From Giardia intestinalis (lineage: Eukaryota): a stretch of DNA of 64,000 bases. Every line of letters starts with the position of its first letter. The stretch's first letter is position 1. Positions 19,400 to 29,600 of the stretch are shown here, piece by piece. Location of the stretch: assembly GCA_000002435.2 (NCBI GenBank), contig CM018792.1; one strand, written 5' to 3'. The notes under the pieces are model-generated. The model was not told where the DNA came from, made no database searches, and saw nothing but the letters and a program-made list of their open reading frames with translations. Made by a program: the position numbers and the translations under genes.

Positions 19400-22108
19400 C
19401 TAGAAACCCAGCGCCCGCGCTCGCTCCACAACCCCTGTCGCCGATGTAGGAGAAGACAAGGGTACAGACCCGGCGGCTCCACCCCTCTCATCCTTCTCAG
19501 TATTCATGCCTATTAGAGAGTTGTACTGCCGCTCACGGGCGCCGATTCCTCCTTTCCAGACAGAGTCTGTGACAACCTTGCGCATGATGGCAGAATTCCT
19601 GTAACATGTAGCATTCAGCCACTGTGCTGGTATACGCGGACTTATAAAGCGCAAAGCTATGGTTTGGTTAGTTATAGCTGATAAGTCTTCGAGATTATAA
19701 AGTGTTTTAACAGCACAAGGATCTAGCTGTCCGCGAGCATCAACTGCATCTTGCTCCAGCTCTTTACAGAACTGTACTAGGTAGTTATTATTGTGTGCGA
19801 CCGCTAATATATGTGCAACGCTACTTCCATATTTAAAGAAGTCTGTTTGGCTAACAGTATAGTAACCCGCCAAAAGATTGAGCTGCCTGTTGGGTTTTTG
19901 AATATAGAATCTTTTGCGTTCCCTTTCTCCGAGCTTTTCTACCTTATCTAATACCACAACTGAGCTGAAGGACGAGGGAATGGGCTGATCATCTAATATG
20001 GCCTTAAATAGAGCAAATCCGGGATGATCCTTGTGGATCAAAATTATTGGGTCCGAGAGCCGATTTCTTTGTTGCTCTAGAGGTGTGAGCTGATCATAAC
20101 TTTTTTGTGCCGCAGAAATCAACTCAGAGGAGTTTATGAACGGAAGTAAAAGGACCCCCTTCCAAAGGGCCGTCTTCTCACTGAGATCGCATTTAATGAG
20201 CGAGGGATAGAACTTATTAAGAATAGAGGCAGGATCTGTCATCAGACATCTCATAACAGGTGGGAGAAGTGCTGCGCTTGCAGGAGGCATAACAGCTAGA
20301 AGCTGCTCATAAGGATTGAAGGGCCGATTTGACACTGTATGCTGTTTCCAGGTACGGGTATACGTCTGAGATGCCGATGCCAGATCAGCCAGTAGAGGAG
20401 AATGGTGGTAAGGGTAATACCAGCCCCAATCTTCCACCTTAGGCAGAAAGTAGTACCGAAAGACCCAAATTAACCCATCTATATAATGATAGCACATCGT
20501 CTGAATGCGCTTTCTTAACTCTGCCTTGAAGGTATCCGATTCTTGGTTAGTTTCTGGGAAGTCATCCATAAGCCCGATTCCCAGATAATAACGCTGTGCA
20601 TAGCCAGGCTTCTCAAGTTCATACTTTATCAATATATGCTTAACCGCAACGACCGTCGGAGGGAGAGGCTTATCGTGCAAATTACAGTAGTCATCTATTG
20701 CATCTTTAATCATTCTTTTGTCATCCCTCTTGAAAAACTGGAAGTACTCTCTAATAGCACGTTCTCCAGGGGTTTCGTCCTTAGTGTCTGGTGCCTCACT
20801 TATTTGCGAGTGTCGCGCATTGAGTTTTCCACTGGCTCGAGCCCTAAATATTCGTGCTTCTTGCTCTGCCAGTTCTTTTAGGAAAATGTGAAGGTCTTCC
20901 ATATTAACGTCTGACCCGGTCGTCAAGAATCCTATCTTTCTTGATCTTTTAAGTTGCTTGTAGAAGTATATCATTCTGATCACTGCGTCCTCTCGAATGT
21001 CGAGACACTGAATGTGGGGCAAGAAATCATTACCAACAAGAAAGGTAAGAAACACAAAATCGTCGATGGCCCGTTCAAATATGACATCTGCCGCATCAAA
21101 TTCGCGTTGTAAGTACTCCCGAAGCCTGCTAACATGTAGGAATTGAAAGGGGCTGCGGAACGCCACTGGCCGTAGAGACGACCCGGGGTAGAAGGGACAG
21201 TCTATCCCTCCTTGGTCTTCATGACGTGTAGTGAAAGGATCCACCGTCCCTGTTCTATACTCACTGGAAACCCGCAGATGCCCACAACGCGTGCAGGTGC
21301 GCTTAAGATTATCCGTATCCACCACATCTCGAAGAATAAGGAAATTGGGTTCATGAGTACCTAAGGCAAGCATTATCAAGTCTGCGTCAAGGCCGTATAT
21401 GCAATGCACAGTGCATGGGTCATATCCAGGTTGGGACCGCTGGATCCTGACAAAGCTCATTATTTTGTGCTCCCCCTCCCCAGGAGACCATGCATCTGCA
21501 TAGAGAACCGTAAGGTGGCGCCATAACTTGCTGTTTGCCTGTCTATTTGCAACATAGTACTTTAGTGCCACCGAGAGGCGAGACATGAAGGGAGTTCCTG
21601 GTGTAATGGCGTTGGAATCAAGGACATTCTCTGTAGAAGTATCCATGGCATTGCCTTCTTCAAAGCTTAGCTTTTTCAAGCTGGGCTCTGCGTCGCCAAG
21701 ATTCATATTCATGAGCCTTCGCTCTTGGGCGCGCTGTTTAATCTGCCGCTCATACGCCGCCATAAAACGCCTGCTCCGCTGTTGGTTGAGCTTTGCACGA
21801 GGAGCAGGCCCGTCGACGGCAAGGTATAGAAGACGCCGCGGTCTACAGATCGAAACGACCCTATCTATGACTTGGAAGATCTCCTCGAACACTTCTGCTT
21901 CTGTTTCTGGCTGAGGTCGCCCCTCGGGGTGGAAACATGGGTGGATGAGCCCATTTGTATCGAAGTAAAGATTATCTATTGCAAAGCCAAGAGGAAGCGC
22001 GCCGCCATCTATGTTGGCTTCGTATGTGTCTGGGAGTGCTTCAATGACATTGTCTATAACGCTACCGTAACGCTGCACTATCCACCTGAAGAACGATGGA
22101 ACGCCCAT
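19400..22108 (-). CDS. 5'-3' exoribonuclease, XRN family (XRN2/Rat1-sized, 902 aa).
   Basis: The N-terminus MGVPSFFRW is the canonical XRN start (MGVPKFFRW). The acidic-catalytic-residue region is conserved. True ATG at 22108. Confidence 0.9.
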   Translation of the reverse strand: MGVPSFFRWIVQRYGSVIDNVIEALPDTYEANIDGGALPLGFAIDNLYFDTNGLIHPCFHPEGRPQPETEAEVFEEIFQVIDRVVSICRPRRLLYLAVDGPAPRAKLNQQRSRRFMAAYERQIKQRAQERRLMNMNLGDAEPSLKKLSFEEGNAMDTSTENVLDSNAITPGTPFMSRLSVALKYYVANRQANSKLWRHLTVLYADAWSPGEGEHKIMSFVRIQRSQPGYDPCTVHCIYGLDADLIMLALGTHEPNFLILRDVVDTDNLKRTCTRCGHLRVSSEYRTGTVDPFTTRHEDQGGIDCPFYPGSSLRPVAFRSPFQFLHVSRLREYLQREFDAADVIFERAIDDFVFLTFLVGNDFLPHIQCLDIREDAVIRMIYFYKQLKRSRKIGFLTTGSDVNMEDLHIFLKELAEQEARIFRARASGKLNARHSQISEAPDTKDETPGERAIREYFQFFKRDDKRMIKDAIDDYCNLHDKPLPPTVVAVKHILIKYELEKPGYAQRYYLGIGLMDDFPETNQESDTFKAELRKRIQTMCYHYIDGLIWVFRYYFLPKVEDWGWYYPYHHSPLLADLASASQTYTRTWKQHTVSNRPFNPYEQLLAVMPPASAALLPPVMRCLMTDPASILNKFYPSLIKCDLSEKTALWKGVLLLPFINSSELISAAQKSYDQLTPLEQQRNRLSDPIILIHKDHPGFALFKAILDDQPIPSSFSSVVVLDKVEKLGERERKRFYIQKPNRQLNLLAGYYTVSQTDFFKYGSSVAHILAVAHNNNYLVQFCKELEQDAVDARGQLDPCAVKTLYNLEDLSAITNQTIALRFISPRIPAQWLNATCYRNSAIMRKVVTDSVWKGGIGARERQYNSLIGMNTEKDERGGAAGSVPLSSPTSATGVVERARALGF

Positions 22109-22181
22109 TTTTCGGCATCAGCCGATTGGTTTGGACATCTACAGGCACATTTACTGGTAAAGCAAAGAGTTGCGACTACCT

Positions 22182-23588
22182 CTAATCCTTGCGTGTTCTA
22201 GCTCTGGGTGCCCGTTCTTTCGGCCCATCCTTCTCAGCATAGCGACGCTCCGGTGCATGGCCTTCGAGCTCTGCACGCTCTCGTTCTTCCATCTTTCGTG
22301 CACGGGCCTCTCGTGTTCGATCAACCAGCCGTTGATGATCTTCCTCATAGATCCTGTCTGCCTCCTCTTGTGACATGAAGCTTACTGTCTGCGGGAGTGG
22401 GATGAGAAGGTCATTGAACGTGGGCGCATACTTCTCGCGGAGCCTATCATACACATCATACCACCACTTCACATCAGGCCATACCTGGAGGCTAGCATCC
22501 CTCTTTGTTTTCTCTAGGGTTACCCACGGCTTCTCGGTCACATAGTGAACAACATAGACTTTTCGCTCAGGTGTCTCGCCATCATATGTACGATTGGGAT
22601 ATCTAAGAGGGAAGTACCCCTTTTCAAACTTGTGCTTCAACCAAGGGACGCAGTTGTATTGACGCGATACGTTTGTCCACTTTGTCCTAGGATCCTGTAC
22701 CACTTTCTGCTTAACATCTGTTCCTTCTTTACCATCCTTCTTGGCCGTGTCCTCTTGCTGCGTTGAGTCCTGCTCCTTGTTGAGGTACTCATAACGGTTG
22801 CTTTTTGAATCATACTTAAAGTCGTGGGAGTAGAGCCATGTAAATATCTGCTCGTCAGGGCCTGCATTGAGGCGCCTCCTGACTGGTATGTCAGAGTTAA
22901 TGTCTAGATCTTTTGGTGTCTCGTAATAAGTTCCATTCTGCCTTATCTTTTCCCTGATATGTAGCTTAGCTATTTGGAACATATCGTCGTCGGGCTGGAC
23001 GCAGAAGAAGGCGCCGGAGATTCCGTACGAGTTAAGAAGGCTAAGTAAGATCGTTCTCCGCGCCAAACGTGTTCCTGTTTCTAACCCCTCTTTGCGGTAT
23101 GTCACTAGTGTACCAAACGGTGTTTTTAGGTCGAAAATGTGGTCTATATTATGTAGTACTAGCATATCACTATCCATAAACAAGGCCTTTTCGTAGGGCT
23201 TGAGCTTCAATAGGTAGAGCTTGGTGAAGCACTTGGGAAGCCAGTTGCTGTACAGCTTCTGGAAACGAGGCCACACCTCGAGAGAGACGCGAAACTCCAA
23301 CGGGGTCACGATTATGATAGCATCAAAGACCTGCTTGCAGAGAGAGATGCATCCCTGGACCTTCTTGTCCGGAGAGTAATTCAACGTGTCACTCAGAAAC
23401 AGGACAAGATCGACTGTGGTGTTTGTTTCACGAAGCGAGTGGGCCAGAACTGCTGCAGCAATCAAATAGGCCTCGTCATCGAAGGCAAGAGTTGCAATAC
23501 AACAGGACTTCTCTGTGGAGATGGCAGAGGTGCTTATGGTCCAGTCATAGATGGCGGCCCTACAGGCGTCGGACGCCGCGGTCGTCAT
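22182..23588 (-). CDS. Glycosyltransferase family 8, glycogenin-like.
   Basis: ATLAFDDEAYLIAAAVLAHSL...DLVLFL and LFMDSDMLVLHNIDHIFD (DxD) align to glycogenin. True ATG at 23588 with aaaactaattttcATG upstream. The C-terminal tail is charged. Confidence 0.75.
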   Translation of the reverse strand: MTTAASDACRAAIYDWTISTSAISTEKSCCIATLAFDDEAYLIAAAVLAHSLRETNTTVDLVLFLSDTLNYSPDKKVQGCISLCKQVFDAIIIVTPLEFRVSLEVWPRFQKLYSNWLPKCFTKLYLLKLKPYEKALFMDSDMLVLHNIDHIFDLKTPFGTLVTYRKEGLETGTRLARRTILLSLLNSYGISGAFFCVQPDDDMFQIAKLHIREKIRQNGTYYETPKDLDINSDIPVRRRLNAGPDEQIFTWLYSHDFKYDSKSNRYEYLNKEQDSTQQEDTAKKDGKEGTDVKQKVVQDPRTKWTNVSRQYNCVPWLKHKFEKGYFPLRYPNRTYDGETPERKVYVVHYVTEKPWVTLEKTKRDASLQVWPDVKWWYDVYDRLREKYAPTFNDLLIPLPQTVSFMSQEEADRIYEEDHQRLVDRTREARARKMEERERAELEGHAPERRYAEKDGPKERAPRARTRKD

Positions 23589-23685
23589 GAGAAAATTAGT
23601 TTTAATAAATGCAATTCAATTTAAGCTTAGTGTCCATATCAAAATGCAATCTTGACAAAACAGAATAAATCACAATCCTTAATCG

Positions 23686-26600
23686 CTACAAAAAAGCCAT
23701 CCAACCCCCGAACATACAGCTCAGGCGCGATGAGTCCGCTGCTTGGGCAAGGGCTGCATTGACTATCTCTTCTGCCCGCTGAGTCTCCAACATCTCTTTA
23801 ACCTGACGAACATATCCCAGAGAAGCCCGAACAATGGCAAGAGGGTAAAAGACATTAATGAATGCCGGTGCATTTTCTTGAATTAGTGAGACCATCTTCA
23901 CAAGTTCCCAATAGAAGCACCCGTGGATCCCTGTTGGGCCAAGAAGCTGTGCGATCAGTGCTGTCAGGCGGAAAGGCACTAACTCAGCATACGATAGCAG
24001 CTTTGGGTACTCAAACACTGCCTCAAAGTCTATAAAGTGCACAGACCCGTCGTCTGTGTCTATAAGGATGTTGCACGAATGTCTATCTCCAAGCCCCGTT
24101 ACGATGCATACTGCACACCAGTGCGCAAGAGTTGTGGCAAACATTCGCTGATTCTTTTGCGAAAGTGCTATAAACCTACATGGGTGGGTCTTAGACAAGG
24201 CCATCTCCATATGGGACAGTGCAGTGACGGATGCCATAAAAAGATCAAAAGTGGGGAAGCATCCGTCTTCGTTGGGCTCCTGCTCATTTATGAATTCTGC
24301 TGCTTTGGTTTTGGCACCCATGAACACAGGAGTCAACAACTCATCAATTGGCACGACATTGCCGTCGATATGCTCGATAATACTGACCTGATTCTTTGGA
24401 ATATTGATTAGTACAGCTACAAAGTATGGCTTAAAGAAGGTGTTAACACTACATTTCGCCAGCTCCTCCGTGAACTGCATAACGGCATAGTCTGCCACTG
24501 TATCCTCTCCACACTTTAAGATGAGCCTTGTTCCGTGATCATTCTTAGTTCGCGACATTCTGAATAAAAGAGGTGCTCTTTTGCTAGAAAAATGTCTCAC
24601 CATTGTAACGTAACTCGCTGCGTATCTACTGCTATAGTATTCATAATAGTGCTCCAGTACGCTGACACACTCGGTATGATTATCAATCTGGTGTGGAGAT
24701 CGTTTATCCGTAGTCATGCTATACTCAAACTCCCTAAGGGAAGAGATTGCTTCCAAGGTGGGAATTAGGAAAAAGGATCCTGAGATTATATGGGGTAAGA
24801 GACACTCCTTAGATGTGTTCAGGCTTTTCTTTGCATACTCCAGTTGCATGTATTTTAACACATTCGTCATTGTGGTTGAGAAGATGATGTACCGTGTGTA
24901 CGCCGGGTTGTATACCTCATGGGCTTCTAGTACTGCAAAGATTCTTTTTATGAGGGAGTTAAAGACTGGATGGCGTAGGGCTTCTTCTTCCAAGCTATAG
25001 TCCCTATTCATATGCACCCCGAACTGGCGGATTGCAATGTCAAAGTGAGCGGAATATGGTATCAGCTTCTTAGCAATTACGTTAAGAATGTGGTTTTTCA
25101 TCACATCTACGGACATAGACGAGTATTCTACAGCAATGAGATTAATCTTAGTATCGCAAAGACGGATCACCATGCTACAAATATTATGGAACTGATTCTG
25201 AAGCAAGATAGCCGGGGAGCCCTCTATTATCTCTGTAAGCTTTTCATTTGCCTCTGTGATCAGTGTATCAAGGCCTAGTGCTAGTAAGAAATTCAGCACG
25301 TGAGCTTCTACACCTGGAATGCCCTTTTGTTCGTCTGATGCAGCACCAGCACCTGAGCCAATTGTACCCTCTATCAACTCTATAATTGTACCAGCCACTT
25401 TTTGATGTTTGTCCATGCAAAGACAAAAGTCAGTTGCTGGAGCAAAATATAATAGAGAGCTTGTTAAGAAAGAGACCGATACTTTGTTCTTTTCATTGCT
25501 GTCCATTAGGAGCTGTGCATTGTAAGCCAGGAGTTTTGTAAGGGAGCACACAACGAGCATCCATGCAGACAGGGCGGTTACCAGGCATTTCTGATAGAAT
25601 CTAGACCAACAATCTGCTTTGCTAAACGAGTCTGGGCCGCCTAACGGTCTTCTGAATAACATACGATGAATAATTGCTAAAATAAAGGTATATGTCGCAA
25701 GTGCGCTGTACATGTTACCAACAAAACTGCACCGCGTGCTCATAGAGACTATGGATGAGTTTTTTCCTTCTATGCCGTCAAGGTCTACCATCAGTTCTCC
25801 AAACATGGCCTCAATTATGAAGCTCTGCGTATCCTCAGCAAAGTCGAATAAATTATTATCAATGAATTCGTGAACTAGCAATCTCACAGATAAGTCGGTG
25901 TAGCGGCACTCCCGGTATCGAGCACATGCCAAGTTCAGTATCTGCTTATACAGAAATTGGCAATTATGCTGGAATAAAAGTGATTTGTGCCTACGCAGTT
26001 GCGCTATGAAGTGAGCATGTGTGTTGGCAGGAAATTGGTCCAGTGCCAAGAGCATTTGATCGAAAAAGTCTTGCTCTCTCAGGAACTGCGTTAGCTCTGT
26101 CCACATTGATACCCTAAGTAACATATTACTATACTGATGCAAAAGATTTCTGATAGTTACTATAGATGTTGCAGTCGTCCCGCAAGAAGTGTGCGACTCT
26201 GGAACTCCATTAATCACATTGTTGTGCAGCCGCCATTGAGGTATGGAAAAGGAGTCGTGTAGAGGATAGCTGGATACTGCTGCATACAGAGATCCCAGCA
26301 AGGTATAGCTTATGCCGTAGAACCGGTCGACAAGCTGAGCGTTACTTGATGTGTCGTTGATGTCCTGGTTGTAGATAAGTTTCTGTTGCTCTGCTGACCC
26401 AGCTATCAATTTGTTGATTACCCCAGTGCGTAGAACCATAACTGCATTTTTTCTTTCGGTAGCGATAGTGGACAAATGGTCTGTAGCACCTTCTGCCAAT
26501 AAGGTAAGAATAGAGAAAAAGGCATCAGGCCTAAATACCTTCAAGAAGCAGATGGAAAACACTGTTGCGTATGAGCGTGAAATGTATTGCAGAATATCCA

Positions 26601-29600
26601 CAAATACCCCCTTATAGGTAACTTCGTTGGCTGCCCAATACACACCAGCTATCATAATGGCTCTGAGAGGATTGCCGACTAACATTGAGTGTCCCGACAA
26701 AAACGTTAGATAGTCCACACTAGGCTTCTGGGCTGTTTTTGGAGCTGTACGTGTTAATGACATGCTGTCTTCAAATGAAGAGTCTAATCTGCTCATGTAA
26801 AGAGTTCTATCCACCTCTGGCGATAGCTCAGCGACAAGTGTCTGCCAAGAGGATGCTGCCTCCTGCTCTTCAAAATACTTGCGAAAATGTGTCTTTATGA
26901 GGAAGGAGCTGATTACGTCTAACTCTATGGCCTCGTCTGAAATCCTTATTTGATGCAATAATTCCATTGAGTTCTTGGAGAATCTATACGGTTGGAAGGC
27001 GACTAACTCAATGATCTGTTTCATAGCGACGAACCTTCGCAAGTCTAACACATCTCCAATCAAAGTGTCTCGCATAGATGGCTCGTCCTGTTCTAGCTCA
27101 GCTAAACAGTCTTTTTCATTGCTATTAGTTAATCTATCAGAAGACGGAATGGTACTGTAAAGAGTTTCCACAGAAGTAACGTAAAGCGAACTTATAAAAT
27201 GGGACTCAATATGCTCAACAAGTTTGCAATGATCTGTTATCAGTGCCGCAAAAAACAATGCAAGGAATCTGCCGATGCCATCAATTAGAAGGCTGAGATC
27301 AGAATATTCTAACAGTAATGACAGCAGTGCATCGTAAAAGGCTGCCCCGATGGCCTGGGACACATTTATATATGGCTCAACAATAGCCCACAGATCAGAC
27401 ACATGAGCCATGTGCTTTTGTGCTTCAGGTGCCAATTTTATGTTCTTTTGCGTCACACCTTTCTGCAACAATTTAAGAAACAAATCAATAAAGATAGCAA
27501 AAAATGAGCTTGCGTTGGTGATTACAAGGGATGTGTTCAGTAGGTGCCTCTTTTCTGTGTCCCTTATAACTATTGGCAAAAGTTCGACAAATGACTGCAT
27601 CCTTTGATAGATCTTGCTAGAAATATAGACGGTCTTTTGGTCCTCGCCTAGCGTGGAGAAGTATTCGTTGAGTTCTGTGATGCACGATGCAGCATAAAGG
27701 TCGCCTCCTTCAATAACACGAGTAATAAAGTCAGTGAAATACCCACATGAACCCCTTGTGACTTTACCTTCTGGTCCCTTTTGGCTGTCTCTTGGCCCAT
27801 TACTAGGATTCAGAGTCCGATAGTCTAAAAGTGTGCCATAGGTCTTTAAAACTTGTTCGGCAGATTGCTTAAGCTTTGTATTTTCAATCCTTCCTTGGTA
27901 GGCTTTAATATACAAGAGTAGATGCGCTAACGGGGTCCCTCCACCTCTAATCTGTAGCATGCCTCGCTGGTCAAAGAGGTTAGCTCCATGGGGCAAAAGA
28001 GTTATTAGGAGAGATAGATAGGACCTCACAAACAGCCCATTGAGGACGTGTATGACCAGGGGAATCAAGACTCGCCACAAAAATTCGCATGGTGTATGTG
28101 AAGCATCAACGAGCAGTTCAAGTAAGGCAAGCACAGCAGCAGGATCATCCACGTCATGAAGTTGGGAATCCACAGACGAATATAATTGAGTGTGCCGCAT
28201 TTCATTCTCCTTTCGGTAGATAGAAACCAGAAGCCTGGCTACGCGTTTTGTTTCCTCTGATATCCTCCGTCCATCGATAATCAGCTCGATCAGTTGAGTC
28301 AGGGTCTCGCCACTATGCTCCAAGAGCAATCTAATATATCCTAGCCAATATATAGTAAAGATACTGTTGTTTTGATCAGTGTCAATAACCTCTTCCAACG
28401 TTAGGAACATATCGACGGCAAGCTGTGTATAAAGAAAGCCTGGGACCAGAGTGGATACAGCGTAAAAGAAGATCCCAAAATAGTCAAGTAATGACTCTAG
28501 GATAACGGGGGTATGGATACCATATATTATCACCTGCAAATACATGACCTTTAGCCTGTTCCACAAAGCAACCACATCTGGAGCTTTAGGCTCGTCATCA
28601 ATATATGCCTCCCTGTAGCATATGGAGCCCAGCAAAGGCTTCATGTGACAAAGTGATGTTATTCTGAAGAGAAAGCCAGTATAGTTGGAGAGATTAGCAA
28701 AGATGCTAATCGGCATCTCTGCTGGCGCGGATCCCTTCTTCTTGCTGCTCACAAGGGTGTGGAGTAACTGAACTCTATGTAGTACGTCCCTGCTGAACGA
28801 GAAAAGGGCTGTCATAAGGATAAATATGACCGATAGTAGTCTAAATATGTGTGCAGTCGCTCCATTATACGATTCAATCCCTTCGGAAAAGAGCTTATGC
28901 GGCTTGACATTAGCGAAAATGGGCAATGCTACTAATTCCTTTATTGCCTTGATGGAAGACGTCACTAGCTCAACTTTCTTTAAGGTTTTTGCACCCGCTA
29001 ATGCCTCAGTATCGGCATAAAGAACGGTTAAAAATAGAATTGCAACAACTAATGCATCATGCAAGGTGGCATCTGATAAAGAGAGGTCTTTCGGTGATGC
29101 ATGGTACGCTAGCGCCGACGCTATAGTGCTGTCGACGCAAGATAAGATGGCTAGGGCACCTGTTACGGTAACAAAGTCTTCTACAGATAGTCGGGGATAG
29201 CTCATCATAACCGGTGTCCTGCTTTCAACACACAATAGGGCCAACTCTTTTGACAGTGCCGTGCGTGATAGTGGTAGATACAAGTTTATAATTAGGGACG
29301 GCAGGTAGGCAGACGAAAATAGACAGAATGCAACACTAGTCTGCTTGCATATTTGCTCCATACATAGTTCGCTGATGGTAGTTGTAATGAGATGGTATTT
29401 CTCACCACAAACTTGAACCAGGAAATACTGAAAGAATATATACGCAAGCATATAACGAGACGTCTGCGCTGACTGATTGAGCGTCGCCACTGTGTGGCAG
29501 CTGTCTGCAATACGGCATATAAGTTTATAGTAGGACTGTACGCGAGGATTGGTATCGTATAACTGAGAAATTTGCTTTAGATATAGCGAGACAAAATCAG